Positions 8,171-14,355 of a stretch of 32,000 bases of DNA are shown in pieces. Positions within the stretch are counted from its first letter, which is position 1. Each line of letters opens with the position of its first letter. Under the pieces are notes generated by a model that was not told the origin of the DNA, did not search any database, and was given only the letters and a program-made list of their open reading frames with translations. Source of the DNA: Cereibacter sphaeroides 2.4.1 (GTDB lineage: Bacteria > Pseudomonadota > Alphaproteobacteria > Rhodobacterales > Rhodobacteraceae); assembly GCF_000012905.2 (NCBI RefSeq), contig NC_007493.2, forward strand, positions 660,001 through 692,000. Reading direction: 5' to 3'. Made by a program: the position numbers and the translations under genes.

Positions 8171-8299
8171 GTTTTGTCAGGTTCTGTTTTGTCGGGTCCG
8201 GTCCTGTCCTGTCCTGTGGGGCAATTACAGTTCCGGCCCTGAAAATTGCTGTAAATGACTGTAAGGATTGCAGTCGATTACAGTCGATTACAGCTGTAA
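8171..8299. repeat. Repeat-dense, AT-richer intergenic block with iteron- or operator-like short repeats
   Basis: GTTTTGTC occurs twice (8171..8178, 8186..8193). GTCCN occurs four times in tandem (8196..8215). TTACAG/CTGTAA occurs seven times in 8225..8299. Three 10-bp tandem units lie at 8266..8295 and the 12-bp palindrome TTACAGCTGTAA at 8288..8299. Confidence 0.8.
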
Positions 8300-8300
8300 A

Positions 8301-8984
8301 TCACTGGACCTGCACGAGCTTGGGCCCGCCGCGCGTGGCCTCGAAGGCCGCGCGCACATTGTCCGTCGTGATGTAGAGATCGCGCTCGCCGAGCCAGTCC
8401 GCGATGGCGATCACCACGTCCGGGCTCTCGGCCGCGCGCGAGCATTTGATCTCGATGAGCTTCTTCTTCACCCGCGTCCGGGCCACGGCCTTCGAGCCTT
8501 CCGTCCGCGCCTGATCGCGCCCGCGCTTTCGGCGGTGCATGTCGCGGGCGATGCCCGCGATCATCACATGGCCGAGCCGCCGGTTGGCGGGCGCATCCTC
8601 CTGGTTCGAGATATGGGTCTCGCGCCAGCCGTAGAGCGCGCCCTCGCGCGCCGCGCGCCAGCTCTCGAGATCGGCGCCATAGCCGGCAAGCCGGGCGAGC
8701 TCAAGATCGTCGTCGGGCAGCGTCCCAGCCGGGTCCTGCCGGAACGCCTCGCACCAGAGAAGGAGCGCGGTGCCGATGTCGGCGCGCCGGTTCTCCGCGA
8801 GCGCTCGGGCGACGAAGCGGGAGGTGAGGAGGCGGTTGATGTGGAGCGGCACCCATTCGTGGCTCGAGAGCGTGTCGCCGAAGGCCAGCGGATATTCCCA
8901 GAATTCGCCGACGATCTCGGTCGCGGGCTCGGTCAGTCGGTCATGCGGCACGGGCACCTCCCGCGGCGCGTCGGAAGCGGTCAC
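8301..8984 (-). CDS. DUF1376 (YdaU-like) protein, putative phage replication-associated protein
   Basis: 227 aa. The N-terminal region matches the DUF1376 pattern as I remember it (FGDTLSS...ALLLWCEAFRQDPAGTLPDDDLELARLAG...W). It sits in the early lytic operon. Confidence 0.6.
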   Translation of the reverse strand: MTASDAPREVPVPHDRLTEPATEIVGEFWEYPLAFGDTLSSHEWVPLHINRLLTSRFVARALAENRRADIGTALLLWCEAFRQDPAGTLPDDDLELARLAGYGADLESWRAAREGALYGWRETHISNQEDAPANRRLGHVMIAGIARDMHRRKRGRDQARTEGSKAVARTRVKKKLIEIKCSRAAESPDVVIAIADWLGERDLYITTDNVRAAFEATRGGPKLVQVQ

Positions 8985-8990
8985 GCTTCG

Positions 8991-9542
8991 TCATGGCAGG
9001 CCTCCATAGATGAAGACGGGCACCTGGGCGGCGAGGGCGGATGCGACCTCGTGCCGGATGCCGGTGGAGTCTGACCAACCGCGGATCTCGGGGACCACGA
9101 CGGCGGCGCAGACAGTGAGAAGGGGACGACACCAGTCCTCCCAGAGGGCCAGAGCGAACGGGTCGATCCGGAGCCGGGGGAACATGGTGGCATGGAGCGC
9201 GGCGGCCGAGAGCACCACGGGCGAGATCGCCGTGACGCCGACCTCCAGTAGCCGCGCCACCTCGCGCGCGGCGTCGGCCATCGCGGCCTCGGACAGATCC
9301 CGCGACCAGCGGCCGTCCGGGCCGACCGCGCGGAGCGTGTAAGGGCTCGCCAGATAGACGGGCCGCCCCCAGCGCGCATGCCGCGCGACGAGCGCCGGGG
9401 TCGCGCCCCAGCGCAACAGATCCGCGCGCCCTGCAGGATGGCGCCGCAGCGCGGCCCATTCGCTCGATCGAAAAGCGCCGGAGGCCGCAGCCCCCGGCGA
9501 AGTGGCCGCGTCCTGTACAGGCAAGGGCGCGGCGGCGGTCAC
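8991..9542 (-). CDS. DUF1937-like protein (nucleoside 2-deoxyribosyltransferase-like fold)
   Basis: The frame contains VYLASPY...VTAISPVV...VVVPEIRGWSDSTGIRHEVASALAAQVPVF, the DUF1937 pattern. The start is uncertain: GTG at 9542 gives a GTGA overlap with the upstream stop, and TTG at 9416 is the alternative. The two other overlapping ORFs (8941..9651 and 8981..9379) are Arg/Pro-rich shadows. Confidence 0.6.
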   Translation of the reverse strand: MTAAAPLPVQDAATSPGAAASGAFRSSEWAALRRHPAGRADLLRWGATPALVARHARWGRPVYLASPYTLRAVGPDGRWSRDLSEAAMADAAREVARLLEVGVTAISPVVLSAAALHATMFPRLRIDPFALALWEDWCRPLLTVCAAVVVPEIRGWSDSTGIRHEVASALAAQVPVFIYGGLP

Positions 9543-9787
9543 AGAAGGCTCCCGACGGCCGTGGCGAGGATCGCCGATCCGGCGAGCACGGAGGGGACGA
9601 GCCACCAGCAGGAGGGCAGGCGGCAAGGCGAATGCTCCTCGCTTTCGTCATCGCGGTGCAGCCATGTCTCGGCCAGCCGGGAAGAATATTTCCGCGACTG
9701 TTTCTTGAAGTGCAGATGGTTGCAGAAGGCGCGGAAGGACCGCGCCTCGTAGAACCGCTGCATGAGATACCAATAGACCCGCCTCAT
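9539..9787 (-). CDS. Small tail-anchored membrane protein (82 aa), unknown function
   Basis: ATG at 9787 overlaps the upstream stop (ATGA at 9784..9787). Composition is protein-like with lower GC. The C-terminal hydrophobic segment is WWLVPSVLAGSAILATAVGSLL. Confidence 0.55.
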   Translation of the reverse strand: MRRVYWYLMQRFYEARSFRAFCNHLHFKKQSRKYSSRLAETWLHRDDESEEHSPCRLPSCWWLVPSVLAGSAILATAVGSLL

Positions 9788-10041
9788 CCCCGTCCCTCGA
9801 TGATGCTGAAGATTTCCTCGCCGCAGGCGATGGTCATGACCGCGAAGACATGGCGCAGCGCCGCGTCGTTCTCGCATTGCAGCCAGTTCCGGACCTGCCG
9901 CTCGCTCACGCCGAGCACCGGCGCGGCCTTCGCCGCCAGATCCCGCTCCGAGGAGGCCGGGAAGGCCCGCCACAGAAGCCCCGCGAACCTTTTTCGGCTC
10001 GCTCGGGCATGAACGTCACTTTGGGCAAGATTTTTCCGCAT
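9784..10041 (-). CDS. Small HTH-type regulatory protein (85 aa) in a cII-like position
   Basis: ATG at 10041 with GGAG 5 nt upstream. HTH-like segment AAPVLGVSERQVRNWLQ. It is the second gene of the rightward (lytic) operon. Confidence 0.55.
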   Translation of the reverse strand: MRKNLAQSDVHARASRKRFAGLLWRAFPASSERDLAAKAAPVLGVSERQVRNWLQCENDAALRHVFAVMTIACGEEIFSIIEGRG

Positions 10042-10121
10042 GTTCACTCCATCTTCTCCCTTGGAGAGGGTTTTCGATGACGAAGCGATTTCACGACCGG
10101 AGAGGGGGGCGGCGTAGAGCA

Positions 10122-10361
10122 TTACGCCGCCCCTCTAACTTCGCTGGACCGGTCGTGGACGGCCAGCATCCATTCTGCGGTCGCAAACGTCAGGCCTCGA
10201 GCGGCGGCAGCTTTCACGACTGCGGCTTGCCAGTCAGCAGGAACACGTCCTGCCCTCGCCCACTTGTGGACTGCCTCCACATTCGCGCCGACTTCAGCGG
10301 CGAAGGCCCGGCGCGTCGGCCAGCAAGCGATCAGCTTTTCGATCAGGTTCTCGGTCTGCAT
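10122..10361 (-). CDS. Cro/YdaS-like HTH regulator
   Basis: MQTENLIEKL...RRAFAAEVGANVEAVHKWARAGRVPADW matches the YdaS/Cro-type HTH pattern. It is divergent from the XRE repressor. The ORF track starts at TTG 10379; ATG 10361 is preferred. Confidence 0.7.
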   Translation of the reverse strand: MQTENLIEKLIACWPTRRAFAAEVGANVEAVHKWARAGRVPADWQAAVVKAAAARGLTFATAEWMLAVHDRSSEVRGAA

Positions 10362-10369
10362 GCCGCATA

Positions 10370-10390
10370 TTCTGGACAAAACATCCAGAA
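10370..10390. promoter_or_regulatory. Operator-like palindrome in the divergent repressor/Cro control region
   Basis: TTCTGGA (10370..10376), a 7-nt spacer, then TCCAGAA (10384..10390). It lies between the Cro-like start (10361) and the repressor start (10398 or 10413). Confidence 0.5.
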
Positions 10391-10397
10391 AGACAAG

Positions 10398-10748
10398 ATG
10401 GAAGAAACTTCAATGGGCAAACTTTCCATTTGCCGTCAAAATGTGCCCATGAAATCAATGCCTAGCAGGCTCCCCAAGATTGATCAGGCTGGCGTGGCGC
10501 GTCGGCTGGAGGCCCTAAGAGACGCACTTGGTCTCGATAAGGGCGAATTCGCACAATCGTTCGGCCTCGATCCTTCGAGCTACTCCAAGGTGTTGCAGGG
10601 CAAGAAGCCGCTTAAGTCCGAGTACGGCCATGCCATAGCCGAAGGCTGGGGCGTCAGCATGGACTTTATCTATCGGGGCGACATGTCCCGGATCGACGAG
10701 ACTTTACGAACTAAGGTCATGCAGAACCTCACCGCACCCATGCGATAG
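10398..10748 (+). CDS. XRE-family (CI-like) prophage repressor
   Basis: HTH_XRE pattern: RRLEALRDALGLDKGEFAQSFGLDPSSYSKVLQGKKPLKSEYGHAIAEGWGVSMDFIY. Lower GC than the flanks and divergent from the Cro-like gene. The start is uncertain, with in-frame ATGs at 10398, 10413, 10449 and 10458. Confidence 0.8.
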   Translation: MEETSMGKLSICRQNVPMKSMPSRLPKIDQAGVARRLEALRDALGLDKGEFAQSFGLDPSSYSKVLQGKKPLKSEYGHAIAEGWGVSMDFIYRGDMSRIDETLRTKVMQNLTAPMR

Positions 10749-11193
10749 AGGCGATCAATCGACATTCCGGAAGCATCGGCAAGCGCGAACAGCAACCGGT
10801 CTCCTGCATCGAGTCTCATCCCTACCCCTCTCGTTCACATGCGGTTCTAGGCAAGCTATGGCCATCACAAGGCCATTTCGGTCAGTGCCAGGTCGGGGAT
10901 CGTCGTATGTCGCAACGGCGAAAATCCGCGTCCTAGTGAAAATTCTCTTTTTTGCTCGCATCATACGATGACGGCAAGCGCAACCCTCGGCCACTTCTGA
11001 CGCCTCTGAGTTCTGCCACTCCACGGCCAAGGCTTCCCCACCTGCCGCTGCGGCCACTTCAGCTCATCAATGACCTCTCGGGAGCCTACGTAAGCGGCGC
11101 TTCTCAAGTAACTGGACGTTTCGTCCATCAATAAGTTGACGATGGAAGAAATGTCCAGCATGTTGAGACGTGCTTACTTGCATGGAGATCCTC

Positions 11194-11391
11194 ATGCCCG
11201 CCACCGCTATCCGTTACCCGGCCTCCGCGCCGGTTGCCCGCTTCGCCCTTCTTGACCTGACCGAGCCCCAGCTGCGCCGGCTGCTCGCGGCGGCCGAGGC
11301 GGGGCTCCCGCAGCTCGAGCCCATAGACGACGAGACCGAGGCCGAGCTCGCCGCGATCCTCGGCCAGGCGCGGGAGGCGCTCGGGGCATGA
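11194..11391 (+). CDS. Hypothetical phage protein (65 aa)
   Basis: ATG at 11194 with GGAG 6 nt upstream. High third-position GC. The stop overlaps the next start (ATGA at 11388..11391). Confidence 0.5.
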   Translation: MPATAIRYPASAPVARFALLDLTEPQLRRLLAAAEAGLPQLEPIDDETEAELAAILGQAREALGA

Positions 11392-11720
11392 GCCGGATCC
11401 TGCCCCTCACGCCCCGCAATCTGAATGCCGCGCGCCATCGTGCCGAGCACGCGCCCACGCCCGAGGTCCGCGAGGCCGCGAGCCGGCTGCTGACGGAACA
11501 CGAGCTGGCCGTCGCCACGGGCCGCCCGCTGCACCGCGCCCGGCCGCGGCCCGCCTTCCGGACGAGCAGGCCCAGCCCGCTCGGGTCCAGGCTCACCGGC
11601 TTCCTCGTGGGGGCGCTCGCGCTCCTGGGCTTCCTGTTTGTCGCCACGGTCCTCTGGGCGCACGCTACCGACGTGGCCGAGACCATGCGCCAGCAGGCCA
11701 GCGCCATGCGGGGCATGTGA
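11388..11720 (+). CDS. Hypothetical membrane-anchored phage protein (110 aa)
   Basis: Coupled to both neighbours. One clear TM segment, LTGFLVGALALLGFLFVATVLW. Confidence 0.5.
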   Translation: MSRILPLTPRNLNAARHRAEHAPTPEVREAASRLLTEHELAVATGRPLHRARPRPAFRTSRPSPLGSRLTGFLVGALALLGFLFVATVLWAHATDVAETMRQQASAMRGM

Positions 11721-12115
11721 TGGAGGCCGCCCCGCATCCCGCGCCGCGGTCCGGGCCCGTTCCGGTCGAAAGCCTCAACGCGGCCGACCTCGACCGCATG
11801 GCCGCGGCCATCGACAGCGGCCGGATCCGCAGGCCGCCGATGAAGGAAACGCCGGCCGACCGCGCCGTGGCCGAGGCCGCCTATCAGGTCGCGGCCGACG
11901 AGCTGCGGCAGTTCATCGAACGCTACGAGCAGCTCGAGGCCGAGAAGAAGGAGATCGGCGGCCAGCAGAAGGAGCTGATGGCCGAAGCGAAGGGCAGGGG
12001 CTACGCGCCGAAGATCCTCAGGATGATCGTGGCGCTCCGCAAGCGCACCCCCGACGACATCGCCGAGGAGGAGACGCTCCTCGAGCTCTACAAGGCCGCG
12101 CTCGGCATGGCCTGA
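11717..12115 (+). CDS. GapR/DUF2312-family DNA-binding protein with an N-terminal extension
   Basis: The C-terminal ~90 aa (ADELRQFIERYEQLEAEKKEIGGQQKELMAEAKGRGYAPKILRMIVALRKRTPDDIAEEETLLELYKAALGM) matches the DUF2312/GapR pattern. GTG 11717 or ATG 11720 overlaps the upstream stop. Third-position GC in the extension is very high, so the extension is probably translated. The alternative start is ATG 11840. Confidence 0.75.
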   Translation: MMEAAPHPAPRSGPVPVESLNAADLDRMAAAIDSGRIRRPPMKETPADRAVAEAAYQVAADELRQFIERYEQLEAEKKEIGGQQKELMAEAKGRGYAPKILRMIVALRKRTPDDIAEEETLLELYKAALGMA

Positions 12116-12237
12116 CCCACCCCCGGCGCGGCGGGTCCGTCCGCGCAGCTTCCGTTCAACCTGCCCGGCGCCTCGGCGCCCGGGTTCATTCCCGCGCTCC
12201 GGCGCGCCGGAGAAGAATTGCATGAAGGGCATCCCGC

Positions 12238-14049
12238 ATGGCTAAGGACTTCATCTTCCGAGGCGATCTGCGCCTCATCCCGCTCGCCGAGCTCCGGCTC
12301 TCGCCCCTCAACAGCCGGCAGGAGATCGCGGCCGAGGAGGTCGAGGCCATGGCCGAGAGCCTCGCCGTGGCGGGGCTGCTGCAGAACCTCATCGGCCATC
12401 TGACGCCCCAGGGCGTCGAGATCGTGGGCGGCGGCACCCGGCTCCGCGCGCTGCAGCGCCTCGCGGCCGAGGGCTGGAGCCGGCACCCGGATCTCATTCC
12501 GATAGATCCGGTACCGGTGAAGGTGACGGCCGACCTGCAGGAGGCGGTGGCCTGGGCGGGGACCGAGAACAGCGCGCGCTCGGCGCTGCATCCGGCCGAC
12601 GAGGTCCGCGCCTATGCCGCGATGCGCGACCGCGGCGCGAGCCTGTCGCGGATCGCGCGCAGCTTTGCGCGCTCCGAGGCCCATGTCGAGCGGCGCCTGA
12701 AGCTCGCGGACCTGCCGGCCGAGGCGCTGGCGGCGCTGCGGGCGAACGAGATCTCGCTCGAGATGGCGAAGGCGCTGACGCTCGCGCCGAGCGGCGAGCG
12801 CTGCCTCGAGGTGCTGGGATCGGTGCGCGGCCGCGACATGCGGCCCGAGCAGGTCCGGCGCGAGCTCACGCCCGGCACCGTGCCCTCGACCGACCGCCGC
12901 GTCCTCTTCGTGGGGCTGGAGGCTTACCTTGCTGCCGGCGGAACCTCTCAGCGCGATCTCTTCGCCGACCGGACGCTGCTGGAGGACGAGGCGCTCCTCG
13001 ACCGGCTCTTCGCCGAGAAGGGCGCGGCCGAGGCCGAGCGGATCCGCGCGGAAGAGGGCTGGGAATGGGCGACGTGGGTGCCGGAGGAATATGTCTCCTG
13101 GACCGTCACGCAGAAGCTGGTGCGGCTCTACGCCCGGCCGGGGAAGCTCTCGGACGGAGAGGAAGCGGAGCTCGCGGCGTTCGAGGAGCGCGAGGCCGAC
13201 GACACCCTCGACGAGGCTGGCCGCGCGCGGCTGGCTGAGCTCGAGGCCCGGCGGGAGGGCGGCTTCACCGACGCGCAGCGCGCCTCGGCCGGGATCTTCG
13301 TCTATTGCAGCAGCCGGGACGGGCTCTCGGTCGAGCGCGCCTATCAGCAGCCGCGGGCGGTTCCGCGTGGCGCGGCCGAGGCGGCGCCCGACCTGCCGCA
13401 ATCGCTGATCGAGGACCTGCACCGGATCCGGCTCGGGGCGCTGCAGGCGCGGCTGATGGATCAGTCCGAGCTCATGCTCGACCTTCTGGCATGGTCGCTC
13501 GGCGGCGGCCTCCGCCCCTGGGCGCGCCCGCTCGCGATCTCGCCCACCGATCAGCCCATTGTGCCGGAGAAGGGGGAGGGCACGAGCTACCCACCGCGGC
13601 TGGCGGCACGGATGGAGCCGAACACGAGCCTCGGGCCGGACGGCACCCCGGCCGAGTTCGAGGCCTTCCGGGCGCAGGGCAAGAAGCACCGCAACCAGAT
13701 CCTGACCGAAGCCCTCGCTCGAACGTTCTGCACCGGCAGCTCCGGCCTCTCGGCCACGCTCGCGCGCCAGCTCGGGGTGGAGGTGCGCCGGATCTGGACG
13801 CCGACCGCACAGGGCTTCCTCGGCCGCTGCAGCGCGAGCTATCTCGACCGGCTCTGGGGCGAACTCGTGCCGGCGGCCGAGGCGGATCAGAGCTTCCAGA
13901 AGCTGAAGAAGGGCGAGAAGGCGAAGCGCCTCGAGGCGCTCTTCGCCGATCCCGCCACGCGCGAGGCCCTTGGCCTCAGCCGCGAGGATTGCGCGAAGAT
14001 CGACGCCTGGGTGCCGGCGGAGCTCGGCTGGCCGGAGGGTGACAAATGA
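12238..14049 (+). CDS. ParB/Srx N-terminal-domain protein (603 aa)
   Basis: N-terminal ParB-like nuclease/CTPase fold pattern (LIPLAELRLSPLNSRQ...GLLQNLIG...VEIVGGGTRLRALQRL). The long C-terminal region is unassigned. Confidence 0.75.
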   Translation: MAKDFIFRGDLRLIPLAELRLSPLNSRQEIAAEEVEAMAESLAVAGLLQNLIGHLTPQGVEIVGGGTRLRALQRLAAEGWSRHPDLIPIDPVPVKVTADLQEAVAWAGTENSARSALHPADEVRAYAAMRDRGASLSRIARSFARSEAHVERRLKLADLPAEALAALRANEISLEMAKALTLAPSGERCLEVLGSVRGRDMRPEQVRRELTPGTVPSTDRRVLFVGLEAYLAAGGTSQRDLFADRTLLEDEALLDRLFAEKGAAEAERIRAEEGWEWATWVPEEYVSWTVTQKLVRLYARPGKLSDGEEAELAAFEEREADDTLDEAGRARLAELEARREGGFTDAQRASAGIFVYCSSRDGLSVERAYQQPRAVPRGAAEAAPDLPQSLIEDLHRIRLGALQARLMDQSELMLDLLAWSLGGGLRPWARPLAISPTDQPIVPEKGEGTSYPPRLAARMEPNTSLGPDGTPAEFEAFRAQGKKHRNQILTEALARTFCTGSSGLSATLARQLGVEVRRIWTPTAQGFLGRCSASYLDRLWGELVPAAEADQSFQKLKKGEKAKRLEALFADPATREALGLSREDCAKIDAWVPAELGWPEGDK

Positions 14050-14124
14050 GCGCGGAGAAGGAACAGGTGCGCGCGGCGCCGCCGGTGGGCGTGCTGTGTC
14101 GGGCGCTGAGAGGGAGCAGGGGCC

Positions 14125-14355
14125 ATGAGCGCTAAATCGTCTCTCACTTTCGCACCGCGGTTGCTGCCGGCGCCGCAGGCCGCGGCTTATCTCGGTGTCA
14201 GTGCGACCACGTTGCGGGGGCTGCCCATCCCGCGCAAGGTGCTGGGCGGGAAGCGGCTCTATGACCGGCTGGAGCTCGAGGCCTATGCCGATTCCCTCTC
14301 CACCGAGGGCGAGGTGAAGGCAAACTCATGCGACGGCGCCTTCGGGATCACCTGA
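14125..14355 (+). CDS. xis: Excisionase / AlpA-family HTH protein
   Basis: 76 aa. MerR/AlpA-like HTH (APQAAAYLGVSATTLRGLPIPRKVLGGKRLYDRLELEAY). The stop overlaps the integrase ATG (TGATG at 14353..14357). Confidence 0.7.
   Translation: MSAKSSLTFAPRLLPAPQAAAYLGVSATTLRGLPIPRKVLGGKRLYDRLELEAYADSLSTEGEVKANSCDGAFGIT

Noticed and set aside
8941-9651. Alternative ORFs 8941..9651 and 8981..9379 overlapping the DUF1937-like gene
   Set aside because: Both translate to Arg/Pro/Gly-rich low-complexity sequence. The 8991 frame carries the recognisable DUF1937 pattern and fits the start/stop coupling with its neighbours.
10952-11134. Plus-strand 60-aa ORF in the AT-rich slot
   Set aside because: It is proline/leucine-rich with no SD and no coupling to neighbours. 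It is less consistent than the antisense ATGA-coupled pair, which is itself only weakly supported.
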